Below the pieces are notes generated by a model. The model saw only the letters and a program-made list of their open reading frames with translations. It was not told where the DNA came from and made no database searches. Both the position numbers and the translations under genes were made by a program. From Hemiscyllium ocellatum (taxonomy: Eukaryota), in the NCBI RefSeq assembly GCF_020745735.1, contig NC_083449.1, forward strand, positions 8,158,923 through 8,222,922: a DNA stretch of 64,000 nucleotides. The letters are read 5' to 3'. Shown here piece after piece: positions 39,001-50,852 of this stretch. Each line of letters starts with the position of its first letter. Position 1 is the stretch's first letter.

Positions 39001-39603
39001 TATGGTGTATTAGCGTTCATTAGCAGAGGGATTGAATTCAAGAGTCGTGAAGTGATGTTGCAGCTGTACAGGACTTTGGTTAGGCCACATTTGGAGCACT
39101 GTGTGCAGTTCTGGTCGCCTCACTTTAGGAAAGATGTGGAAGCTTTGGAGAGGGTGCAGAGAAGATTTACCAGGATGTTGCCTGGAATGGAGAATAGGTC
39201 GTACGAGGACAGGTTGAGAGTTCTCGGCCTTTTCTCGTTGGAACGGCGAAGGATGAGGGGTGACTTGATAGAGGTTTATAAGATGATCAGAGGAATAGAT
39301 AGAGTAGACAGTCAGAAACTTTTTCCCCGGGTACAACAGAGTATTACAAGGGGACATAAATTTAAGGTGAAGGGTGGAAGGTATAGGGGAGATGTCTTGG
39401 GTGGGTTCTTTACCCAGAGAGTGGTGGGGGCATGGAATGCGCTGCCCGTGGCAGTGGTAGAGTCAGAATCATTGCCGACCTTTAAGCGGCAATTGGATAG
39501 GTACATGGATGGGTGCTTAATCTAGGCTAGATGTTCGGCACAACATCGTGGGCCGAAGGGCCTGTTCTGTGCTGTATTGTTCTATGTTCTATGTTCTATG
39601 TTC
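36093..39603 (+). mobile_element. Near full-length but defective CR1 LINE (5' tandem repeats, partial ORF1 esterase, endonuclease, RT, TTCTATG tail)
   Basis: 6-bp TSD taactt 36087-36092 / 39604-39609; VVHIGTND and DGLHLN; FNARS, ITETW, MGDFN; RT ORF 38338-39525 with FADD changed to FADY; stops near 37790 and 37862, small deletions near 37477 and 38294. Confidence 0.96.
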
Positions 39604-42600
39604 TAACTTAGCCTGAGTCTTCCTCTCACCTACATGGCATCCTACTGATAGTTAATGTGCTACCTGGAAAGAGTCCTGTCTGTTTGCTACTGGCAACACA
39701 ACTTGGTGCACTTCTGCCCATTCCTCCTCTGCATTAACCTGCCGTAGTCTCCATTTTTGGCTTAGGATTCTATGTTTAAGATAACAATCTTCTGGAATAC
39801 ATTCTGAACCCCTTCTGACTATGCATAATCATTTATATGCTTCATTGTCTTTTGTTTCTGCTGCAACACCATTAGCCTTTCAAGGCTAAATACTTCTGCC
39901 TGACCCACTGCCTGTTTATGTATTTCCTGCACCATGACATCAAACAGGGTGTCTGCTAACTGCACCTCAATTCCTTTATCTTCCTCCTTAATTTTTTCTT
40001 CTGGCTTTAACTTCAGATAGTGGGATTTGTTACTACACAGTCTGGAAAAATTCCACTAAATCGTTCCAAAGATAAAACTGGATTCCTGGAACTGACGCAC
40101 TGTCAGTCATTCCCATTAATAATTGTTCAGTCTTGAGTTGGCACTGCAACCTGATGTTAAGTGAGGACCGCAAAATTTCTGTCCGTCTATACCACAAATG
40201 ACCACTCTTTCGTGTTTCAGATCAGAAAAAAGTGAAAATACGTTCATCTTTTACTATTAGAGAGTGATTAAAATCAGTATCACTCAAAATTTTAACTTTT
40301 TTTTTACCCCTTCTCTCGCTGTTCTTACTGAGTAAACTTTGCTCACGGTGGTGAAGTCTTTATAGAGCTCAGACACTAACTGCATACATAGGCCTTGCCT
40401 AGGCTGTGCCATCTGCTGCAGCTTCTCGACCTTACTTCGGCTTTCCTCTACTACCTTCATTATGCCACTGGCTTAGCTTCTTCGACCACATCTTTTCCCA
40501 CAGCGCCTTTCTTTACCAGTCAGCAGTGTGACTTTCTTGACCCATTTTCTGGCAATGAAAACAGATTTTCCCAGTGCCTTTCTTAAACCACTGGCACTGT
40601 AACTTTCTGTGTCCCTCTCCATTACAATGAAAGCACCCAAGGTCTTTCACCTCCTTTACCAATCTTGGGCTTCTTTTTTAACCTTGGGTAAACTATTACC
40701 AGTGTGCTCTACTCTTTGTTTTGTATGATAGAATATCCTCTTATCCCAATTTCTAACCCTCACTAGATGAATTTCTAGACGGAATCTAAACTTTTCCCTA
40801 TGCACAAATGTATGTTCATTTGCAATCTCTGCTGCTCTTCTCAGGTCTTAACTATTTCAGTTCATCCAAATGAAATCTTATCATTTCTGGAAGTGAGTTT
40901 TTAAACTCGTCCACCAGAAACATCTGTCTTAGATCCTCAAAATAGTTATCCTCATAACTATTTTGGTGTCCTGCACCCATCTATCAAAAATAACGATTTT
41001 TAATTCTTTCAAACTCAACATAAGTCAGAACTGGTTTCTTCTTTGTTTCTGAACCACTGTCTATACTCTTCTGGTACTAATTGATCAGCACTCAAAAGAA
41101 CCTGCTTGACATTTTCATAATCTCTTGACCCCTCATCTGACAGCACTGCAAATACATAACCTGCTCTGCCTACCAGTTTAGTCTGAACTAGCATTACCCA
41201 CAAGTTCCCTGACCACTCCATCTGCAAAGCTGATTTTTAAACAGAAATAAAGAAGACCTCAACATTTTTCTCATTAAAACGTGGCAGCTTTTATAATATA
41301 CTGGTCGATACCACATTCCCTCTTCACCTTCATCCTGTTACCTTGACTAGATTGACGAAGTCGCAACTGCTGAAGTTCGAGTCTCTCTCATTTTCTCTTT
41401 TGTTTTTCTCCCTTTCTCCTCTCTCTTCCTCTTTCTTCTTTCTCCCTTTTATTCTCTCACTCTTCGCTCATTTAAGAACCTTCATTCTTTCTTTTTCCTC
41501 TCTCTTTCGTTCTCTCTCATCTCTCTCTTCCCTTTTCTTTATCTTCTCCCTCCATTTTTCAAAATGTAATTTCAGTTTTTCCTAATTCTACAGCGCTTGT
41601 CTATTTCTCTGACACACCTAAGTGCTTGTCAAACACCCTTACATTATTTTTCAGTTTCACTTTAATACTTGATTAAACCTAATTCTAACCTCTTTACTAA
41701 TTCTAAATGTATGATCTTTTTCTGTCTTTCTAAGCTTTCTTGGGGAATTTGGAAATCATCTTCTAATCACAAAGTTTTTAACAATCTTAAGAGTCATTCT
41801 TCTTTCTTCTACTTTAATCAACCACATGCAACTGAAATAAAAGAAATTGTCTCACTTATTTTATTTAAAGATCTAGGACAGTATTTGGCAAGTGTTTAAT
41901 ATGCTGGGATCTTCCGTACCCCAAATTTATTCAAATCAGTCCAAATATAAGGCAAGCTGTGTCTAGACCCATCCAAATCACAGACCCGAACCCCTAAACT
42001 CTTACAACACGACAGTGAACCATTCTGCTAATTAAACCAGGCACCCAGAAACATTCACCTCATCTCCCAATCAATTAAAGTATGAGTGATAAAGAATTCC
42101 CAAATTCCACTATTTACAGAGAGAAAAAAGCAATTTATGTTTTACCTCTAAAAGCGAATGCTAGACAGTAACTGCTTACAATTCTAAGACTCCTGTCTCT
42201 GAACTGCTTGTTATGTCCCTCCAAGTTTTTCACATACTGCTCCAATAGCTAGTCGTATTATTTTTATATCAACTTAATTTCAAACCACCCAGTGGCTGTC
42301 GTCTACGGTGTCCTTCCTCTTTCAGCTGTTATCTCGCTGGGCTATCTGAAAAGATATTTCATATGAAAAAAATGGTACTAAAGATGGACAATGATTTGAA
42401 TGGCAGTCTCTTTCTAGATGGCAATTACTCTATGTCGATGGCAGTTGGGCTCTGTCTAACTTTTAAAATGTCTAAAATCTTTTAAAGACCCAAACTTTGG
42501 ATAGTCCCATTGGTTTGAGACTGACAAAAACAATAACTTCAAACTCGAAGGGTTTTAATATCCTGGGGCATAATTTAAATGTATTGGTTAGGTGAGAATT

Positions 42601-42770
42601 GTGGTTAAAACAACTGATGTATCTAGTGTACAGCCAAATGTTAAATATTTTCAATTTTCCAGTGCACTGTGAGGCTGCCAGTGAGTCACATGACAGGTGC
42701 CTGCAAGATCTCAGTGCAAAGCAGAGTCTACTCACTCTTAATGGTACAGTACATGCCTTCAACTCCATAA
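39604..42770 (-). mobile_element. Decayed Gypsy (Gmr1-like) element: LTR, PBS, SCAN-like gag, protease, start of integrase
   Basis: W..MLVQTKLVGRA..F..LS....DYENVK..LL....LVPEEYRQWFR (41015-41227); ILSDTD protease remnant near 40280; coiled-coil E/R/K tract 41380-41580; PBS remnant near 41982-41997; LTR about 42000-42770. Confidence 0.8.
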
Positions 42771-43335
42771 CACACTGACCACAGGGACAGCAGACTGACC
42801 CCACTCTGCCCGTGCCACTGAATCGGGTGATCAGACTGACCTTTCTGAGTCTATATCGCTTTCCCAGGGGACTGCAGAATCACCCCACTATGTCTAAATA
42901 ACTGACCCTGGGGAGAACAGACTGACCCTCTGTATGTATATCACTCATCCAGGGGAAAGCAGTCTGGCCCCACTGTGTCTGCATCACTGATCCCAGAGAG
43001 AGAGCAGACTGCACCCACCTACCTTTGCCTGTACCTTTGAAGCCAGGTCGAGCAGACTGATCCCACTGTATCTGTATCACATATCCAGGGAGAGCACACT
43101 AACCCATTTGCGTATGTATGACAACATCGAAGAGAGCAGACGGAATCCATTGTGTCTGCATCATAGACCTCGGGGAGAGCAGGCTGACCTCAATGTGTAT
43201 GTGGCACATTAGGTGTCTAATTGATGCTGGGGAGTATAGGCCTGCTCAATGACCACGGGGAGGGCATTCTGATCGCCCGTGATGGTTCCTTGACTCTGGG
43301 GAGAGCAGACTGACCCCAATTTGTCTGCACGGTGG
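42770..43335. repeat. Minisatellite, about 42-bp unit (ggggagagcagactgaccccactgtgtctgtatcactgaccc)
   Basis: About 13 recurrences of gagcagactga. Confidence 0.88.
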
Positions 43336-43869
43336 CTTCTGACGAAATAAGAAAAGATATCCTGATTGTCTGAAATATCCAGTTTTGTACCTTATGCATT
43401 GCCTACATAATTGCACTTGGATTCTTTCTCAGTTCCAGCTTTAATTATGCACTTCATACACTTTTTACTTGATCCTGTCAGAAAATGCAAAAACTGGACA
43501 ATCCATTCCCTTAGCCGATTTATTTGGAAGTTCTTCCCCACAATCGATAAAGTCTCAGGAAGAGGATGTTTATCACTTATACTCCTGTCTGCTTCGAACA
43601 GATTTCAACTGCACTTGAAGTCAGCCTTTGGAATAGACTGTAAACTTAACCTTTGTTATGCTGTAGCTTATTTACATAATTTTCAGGTTTCAAAGCAAGC
43701 TAAGAATATAGATGCAACCTCGAGCATTGAAGAGTAGTTGCATACAGAACTTTAGCCATCAGCATTTGCTAATAACAATATTTCAAAACAATAAAAATAC
43801 AGAAATAGAATCACAGCAATATAGGTTAGTGTGATCAACTTCACCATCTTGGACTAATGTAATAATTTC

Positions 43870-44570
43870 TATTACCTGGGTGCACTTTTGTACCTGTCGC
43901 TGAAGGTAAGCATGCACGTGGCAGCAGGCAGTAGGGAATGCCAAATGGTATGTTTCCCTTCTTTGAAGAGGTTTCGAGTGCAGGAGCAGGGATGTGTTGT
44001 TGCAGTTATACGCGACAGTGGTGAAGCTATGCCTAAAATATTGTGGGCAGTTTTGATCACATTTTCTAAGGAGGGATGCTTTTGCCCTCGAGGGAGCGCA
44101 GCAAGGGTATTCAAGACTGATTCTGTGGATGATGGGATTGATGCATGACTAGAGACTGACGAGGTGAGAATTGTTTTCACTGGAGTTCAGACGAGTGGAT
44201 GGGGGAGCGACTTCAAAGACACTTATGAGACAGGGTAGATGCAGGGGGGATGTTCCTGATTGTAGGTGCATCTAGAACCAGGGGATAAAGTCTGAGGATT
44301 CTGGATGGACCATTTAAGAAGAAGATGAGGAGCTATTTCTCTATGAAAAGTGTGGCGAGCCTGTGGAATTCATTATCACAGGAAACTGCTGATGCCGAAA
44401 CATTAACTGTATTCAAGAGTCAGCTTGATAGAGTAATTAGGGTGAATGAGATCAAAGGTTTTGGGGGAGAAAGCAGGATTAGGGTTTTGAGTTGGATGAT
44501 CAGCCATAATCATAATAAATGGCACAGCAGGCTACTCCTCATTCTGTTCCTTTCTTCTATGTTTCTATGA
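43870..44570 (+). mobile_element. Old CR1/L2-type LINE 3' remnants
   Basis: SLKVSMHV..; VASLWNSLSQE..FKSQLD; tail ctactcct..ttctatgtttctatg. Confidence 0.65.
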
Positions 44571-44941
44571 TTTTCCTGTGCAGGAATAACTGGGAAAACT
44601 CTTTTGTTTTAGGAACGCTGCCCTGAAAACTGGTCTTTCTCTCTCTCTCTCGCCCTCTCTCTCCCTCTCTCTGTCTCTCTCTAATCCATTTTTCTTTGCA
44701 ACCATTCCAGTTGCTCCCAGGTACTTAGGCCTCCTCTTTTGAGATTGGGAGGGTTCGTGCTTTGGACAATTTATCTCCCATCTTTGGCAGCGAGCGGTCA
44801 TGTCCATGCCAGCTGGACCGTTTCTATCTGTATTCAATCCTCCCCCATTTTTAACATTTTGTTTTACTGGGACTAGATGTTGTGCTGCTTGAGCAATAAG
44901 GGGACTAGACTAGTCATTGTTGAATTTAGTGGTGGATTCAG

Positions 44942-44974
<33 letters not shown>

Positions 44975-46251
44975 ATATTTCACTTTCCAATTAGCTTAGT
45001 CAGGAATACTGTGGTCTTCTACTGGCCTCTGTGTGGTAGAGTTAGGAAGGGTTATTTGGGGATCTTCTTCTGGTTTCGCCTACCTCTTTTTGGTTCATTT
45101 GAATTTCTGACAGAATAGCATTTCTTTGACATTTGATCTCCCAATCATGACTTATCTTCTATATTATCCCATTGCGTCATTGGGTATATCCCATTAGGAT
45201 GAGGGGCAATCTTTCCACCAGTTTGGGATTGGGAGTATTATGGTTTGCCCATTGTGCATGTACATATGTAACATAAAACTTTTTGCCCTCTGCTTTTTTT
45301 TTCCTTCTGGATCCTGCTCTGTACTGTTAAAAAGAAATGGCTAGTCTTCTTCAGACTCACAGGAACTGCGACCAGATTGCCCCCATTTCCGAAGACCCCC
45401 ACCTTATCCAAGTCTTGGAGTCTCCCAGAGTCTGTAGACAATGGAGTACTCACTTATGGTGAAGATAAAGGATTTTTCATTGATAGAAACTTCTCCTTTT
45501 CAGCTACTGTTTGTTTTGCCGTTTTAAATTGTTCACAAACAGCTTTCAATTGTCCCTTTAGATTATTCATTCCCCAATCACGATTGGATTTGGCTATGAT
45601 CTCTTGTCGCTGTCTAATTTGTTACAAAACCAGCGAATGCATTTTTTTATCAGATGGTTTTCCTCCAAATACATTTAAGATCATTCATGGACCATTGGCG
45701 TTTGGAGGTTCCATACATCTTTTTCACAAAGTGTTTGAGAGATCAAATTGTTGTTCAATGCATTCCTTGAATTTTTGGAGAACTTCCTTCAGAAATATCA
45801 GGTGGAAGCCTGTCCTCTTTTTACTGCTACTGGTAAATCGGACTGACAACTGTTTCTCGATATTTGCATGGACGGAATGAGCCATAGTCCAGACTTCACA
45901 GAATCTCTCTCTGCTAGTTTCAGTTATCGGTTAGGAGACCATGAGCCGCAATCCACTCGTCAATGAGTCACTCTCAGGTGATAGGCTAGTCATATCAATT
46001 AGTTTGATGGGATGCACAGAATTATTGTTTTCTCTGATAAGTACAGATGTCTGTTAGTGATATGGGCTCTAATGGGAGATCATGAACAAGTTACAAACAT
46101 AGTGGATCTTGGTTTTCATTATCACCTGAGGACATTTTGAATCAAGAAGAGTCCATACGTCCAGGCGCTCATCTGGTATAGGGATTCTTCAATGTTCCAA
46201 CATTTAACTTTGTAAACCTGCCAGCTATACAAAATTGTTGGGTTTCTACGA

Positions 46252-48713
46252 AATAAGGTTGTTATGGGGGACTTTAACTTCCCAGATATTGACTGGGAGA
46301 GCTATAGCTCGAGTTCATTAGATGGGTCGGTGTTTGTACAATGTGTGCAGGATGGTTTCCTGACACAATATGTCGACAGGCCAACAAGAGGGGAGGCTAT
46401 ATTGGATTTGGTTCTAGGTAATGAACCAGGCCAGGTGTTAGACTTGGAGGTAGGTGAGCACTTCGGGGACAGTGACCACAACTCGGTGACTTTTACTTTA
46501 GTGATGGAGAGGGATAATCGTGCGCCGCAGGGCAAGAGCTATAGCTGGGGGCAGGGAAATTATGATGCAGTGAGGCATGACTTAGGATGTGTGGATTGGA
46601 AAAACAGGCTTCAAGAGAAGAACACTAATGAGATGTGGGGATTGTTCAAGGAGCAGCTACTGCGTGTCCTCGATAGGTATGTACCAGTCAGGCATGGTGT
46701 AAAGGGCCTTGTGAGGCAGCCGTGGTTTAGTAAGGAATTGGAGTCCCTTGTGAAAGGGAAGAAGGCGGCATATGTAAAGATGAGGCGTGAAGGTTCAGTA
46801 GGGGCGATTGAGAGTTATAAGGTAGCCAGGAAGGAGCTAAAGAGGGAGCTAAGAGAAGCGAGAAGAGGACATGAAAAGTCTTTAGCTGGTAGGATTAGGG
46901 AAAACCCAAAGGCTTTCTATAGGTATGTCAAGAATAAAAGGATGACTAGGGTAGGTATCGGTCCAGTCAAGGATAGTAGTGGGAAGTTGTGTGTGGAGGC
47001 GGAGGAGATTGGAGAGACATTAAATCAGTACTTTTCATCAGTATTCACTCAGGAACAGGACACTGTTGCTGATGTGAATATGGAATCACAATTAATTAGA
47101 ATGGATGCCCTGGAAATATGCAGGGAAGAGGTTTTGGGAATATTGGAAAGGATGAATATAGATAAGTCTCCTGGGCCTGATGGCATTTACCCCAGGATCC
47201 TATGGGAAGCTAGGGAGGAGATAGCAGAGCCATTGGCCTGGATTTGTATGTCGTCATTGTCAACGGGAATAGTACCAGAGGACTGGAGGATAGCGAATGT
47301 GGTCCCATTGTTCAAGAAAGGGAGTAGGGATAGCCCGAGTAACTATAGGCCAGTGAGTCTGACTTCAGTGGTGGGCAAAGTCTTAGAGAGAATGGTAAGG
47401 GATAAGATTTATGAACATCTGGGTAGGAATAACGTGATCAGAGATAGCCAGCATGGTTTTGTGAAGGGCAGGTCGTGCCTCACAAACCTTATTGAGTTCT
47501 TTGAGAAGGTGACCAAGGAAGTGGATGAGGGTAAAGCAGTAGATGTTGTGTATATGGATTTTAGTAAGGCGTTCGATAAGGTTCCCCATGGTAGGCTAAT
47601 GCTAAAACTTCGGAGGTATGGCATTGAGGATACATTAGAGGTTTGGATTAGGAATTGGCTGGCTGGAAGGAGACAGAGGGTAGTAGTTGATGGATTATGT
47701 TCATCTTGGAGCGCAGTTACTAGCGGTGTACCACAAGGATCTGTTTTGGGACCATTGCTTTTTGTTATCTTTATAAATGATCTAGAGGAAGGACTTGAAA
47801 GCTGGGTAAGCAAGTTTGCGGATGACACAAAAGTCGGTGGAGTTGTGGATAGTGAGGAAGGAAGTGGTAGGTTACAGCGGGATATAGATAAGTTGCAGAG
47901 CTGGGCGGAAATGTGGCAAATGGAATTCAATGTAGCTAAGTGCGAAGTCGTTCACTTTGGTAGGAATAACAAGATGATGGATTACTGGGCTAATGGTAGG
48001 CTACTTGGTAGTGTGGATGAGCAGAGGGATCTTGGTGTCCATGTACACAGATCTCTGAAAGTTGCCACCCAGGTAAATAGTGCTGTGAGGAAGGCATATG
48101 GAGTACTGGGCTTTATTGGCAGAGGAATTGAGTTCCGGAGTCCTGAGGTCATGTTGCAGTTGTATAAGACTCTGGTGCGGCCTCATCTGGAGTATTGTGT
48201 GCAGTTTTGGTCGCCATACTATAGGAAGGATGTGGAAGCTTTAGAACGAGTGCAGAGGAGGTTTACCAGGATGTTGCCTGGAATGGTAGGAAAATCTTAT
48301 GAGGAAAGGCTGAGGCACTTGGGGCTGTTCTCATTGGAGAAGAGAAGGTTTAGGGGAGATCTGATAGAAGTGTATAAGATGATTAGGGGTTTAGATAGGG
48401 TAGATACTAAGAACCTTTTACAGCTAATGGAGTCAGGTGTTACTAGGGGACATAGCTTTAAATTAAGGGGTGGTAGGTATAGGACAGATGTTAGGGGTAG
48501 ATTCTTCACACAGCGGGTTGTGAGTTCATGGAATGCCCTGCCCGTATCAGTGGTGAACTCTCCTTCTTTATGGTCATTTAAGCGGGCATTGGATAGGCAT
48601 TTGGAAGTTATTGGGCTAGTATAGGTTAGGTAGGATTCGGTCGGCGCAACATCGAGGGCCGAAGGGCCTGTACTGCGCTGTATCCTTCTATGTTCTATGT
48701 TCTATGTTCTATG
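46252..48713 (+). mobile_element. Young 5'-truncated CR1 LINE, same subfamily as 1-1835
   Basis: Uninterrupted ORF 46264-48624, 3' stem GGGCCGAAGGGCC, four TTCTATG tail units. Confidence 0.97.
46264..48624 (+). CDS. CR1 ORF2, N-terminally truncated (end of APE endonuclease plus complete RT), 786 aa open frame
   Basis: MGDFN, PTRGEAILDL, SDHN, SPGPDG, YRPVSLTS, DFSKAFD, PQGSVLGP and FADD motifs all intact. Confidence 0.9.
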   Translation: MGDFNFPDIDWESYSSSSLDGSVFVQCVQDGFLTQYVDRPTRGEAILDLVLGNEPGQVLDLEVGEHFGDSDHNSVTFTLVMERDNRAPQGKSYSWGQGNYDAVRHDLGCVDWKNRLQEKNTNEMWGLFKEQLLRVLDRYVPVRHGVKGLVRQPWFSKELESLVKGKKAAYVKMRREGSVGAIESYKVARKELKRELREARRGHEKSLAGRIRENPKAFYRYVKNKRMTRVGIGPVKDSSGKLCVEAEEIGETLNQYFSSVFTQEQDTVADVNMESQLIRMDALEICREEVLGILERMNIDKSPGPDGIYPRILWEAREEIAEPLAWICMSSLSTGIVPEDWRIANVVPLFKKGSRDSPSNYRPVSLTSVVGKVLERMVRDKIYEHLGRNNVIRDSQHGFVKGRSCLTNLIEFFEKVTKEVDEGKAVDVVYMDFSKAFDKVPHGRLMLKLRRYGIEDTLEVWIRNWLAGRRQRVVVDGLCSSWSAVTSGVPQGSVLGPLLFVIFINDLEEGLESWVSKFADDTKVGGVVDSEEGSGRLQRDIDKLQSWAEMWQMEFNVAKCEVVHFGRNNKMMDYWANGRLLGSVDEQRDLGVHVHRSLKVATQVNSAVRKAYGVLGFIGRGIEFRSPEVMLQLYKTLVRPHLEYCVQFWSPYYRKDVEALERVQRRFTRMLPGMVGKSYEERLRHLGLFSLEKRRFRGDLIEVYKMIRGLDRVDTKNLLQLMESGVTRGHSFKLRGGRYRTDVRGRFFTQRVVSSWNALPVSVVNSPSLWSFKRALDRHLEVIGLV

Positions 48714-49569
48714 ACCTTGCGACCTTTTAAGACATTTGCATTTATTTCCTCTATGTATAGACTACAAAACTGCAAGACACCTCTTCAGAAACAGCTTTGA
48801 TTATGCTCCTTGCATATTTTTTACTTGATCCTTCCTGAAACCGCAAAAGGCAGTCAGGGTATTGTGTTAGTCTACCTACTCGCAAACTGTTCCTAACATT
48901 GTAACTTCAAGGTCTGGACAACCGTCCGTTTGCACGAATGTACCTCATGTTGGCTTCAAAACGATTTTCAACGGCATTTTCAAGTCAGCTCTTTGCAATA
49001 GCATTTGGAAATGCAACCCTTGTTATGCTTTAGCTTAATCACCCAAATTTCAATGTACATGACAGGTGAGATGACATAAATATATAAACATGAATGATTT
49101 CATTTGTTTGGACACACATCTCTGCATTTACATAGGATTTCTCCCCTCTGGTGTAATTACAATAAAATCTTTGATGCTAGATTGAACTTCTGGCTGTCAA
49201 GTAAAAAGTCGTCCCACCCCAACCGTTCGGTGTAGATGAGTTGGGCCAAAGGGTCAGTGTCCTTGTTGTATAACAATAACTCTGCGACTGTACTTCCTCT
49301 GAGTTTACAAAAAAAGGGTCCCTGGACTGGACAAGTTGCTGGGAACTGTGAAAGCTGGATTCCTCTTGTGGGAGAATCTAGGATTAAAGAACATGAACAC
49401 AGAATAAGGGATGACACATTTAAGATTAAAGTGAGCAGGAATCTCTTCTCCAATATACTGAAATCCAAGGTCTCTTTGTTCAACAACACTCCCATTCTCT
49501 GGAACTTTGAATGACTCCTCAGACTCTCTGCACAGGTTCAAATTTGCCGCTCCATTTATATATCTCGGT

Positions 49570-50350
49570 CTCTTCTGATTTTCTTATTTGGCACTCATCT
49601 TACTGTCAGTCTGACGTGCTGATATTTCTGGTGTTCCCTCATTTGACACTCTCTCTCTCTCTCTCTCTCTCTGCGGATGTTCCTCGTGGTCTCTTACATT
49701 TGGCTTAATAGCATCAGCATTTCGCTGTTTCAGTACAACTTGTCACGACAGAAACCATCAGAGTAGATGGGACTGGGTCGTCCCCTTTTCTTTCAAGAGG
49801 GAAATTCCATGCCTCATTATCTCCCTCACTCTACTTGGAAACACTGTCTTTTGAAACGTTCCAAACCTACATCTCCAACTGCTCCCACTTTCTCTTCAAA
49901 TGGTGGGGGTGTGAAGACCCTTTATGCCTTGCTGTACAGAGATCTCCATCTGTAATGTCTCTACGGTCAAACACTGTGATCCCCTATAGTACTGCTCTGT
50001 GCAGTTTCATATATTACATTCATAGCAATCTTTTAATGCATTGCATTTTCAGTGCCTGTTGCCTTCATTTTGTTTAGATTCCTCCTCATACGTTTTTCTG
50101 TAACGTTTCACACTTGCATCTCATACCGTTTTTTGTTGACGAAATATTTATTTTCTGCAAGTCTGTTTATCCCCTATCAAAGATCATCTATCTTGGCTCA
50201 AAAGCTTTAAGTTTTCCTACTGTTTCTTTCTGCCCAAGTAACTAACCAATAAAATCTTCTGCAACTTCAAATGCTCCACTCTTCATGCTGTTCTTAACTA
50301 AATGGGAAAGAGTATCCCCATAGTTCGTGGACCCAGTATGGGTGTTGCAG
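49570..50350 (-). mobile_element. Possible decayed LTR-retrotransposon gag fragment
   Basis: Purine-rich, coiled-coil-like minus-strand fragments (WLVTWAE; LKIAMNVIY..GDHSV; ISVQQGI); no catalytic motif. Confidence 0.3.
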
Positions 50351-50852
50351 CGGCCCATGACTAAGTTGACAAGATAGCCAATTGGGCTTTTTTTTCAGTG
50401 AACAGAAAATGGCCGAACATGTGTGACAGTTATGCTCAGCAGATCCTCACAACTAAAGTTGTAATCTCTGGATATATATAATGGATAAGATGAGATTATC
50501 TGCAGGAATAATAACTCAAAATGGGGAGATATAAACAACTGAAACTTAAATGCAGAAATAGGTAATTTGAATAGATAACAAACATGTGTCAGAGACAGAC
50601 TAAGATGTGGTTATGATTGTGGAATCTAAACCAGCTCCATGTAACAGCTTGATAAAGATCAGCCTCAGTGGAATTCAAACAGATGTCTTTTATTACAAAT
50701 GTTTAATTAGCAATGCAAAGTGTTCAATGTGAAAAAAGTGAAGATTTAGTCAAAAGCTGAAATTTTAGTTCAAAATACACTTACAACATGTAAATAACAG
50801 AGATCGTAAGCTGCAGTTGCAAGATAGAGGAACTGTGGTTTGATTTATCAGG

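Noticed and set aside
45377-45880. 167-aa plus-strand ORF
   Set aside because: No recognisable motif; more likely the antisense shadow of a decayed minus-strand frame
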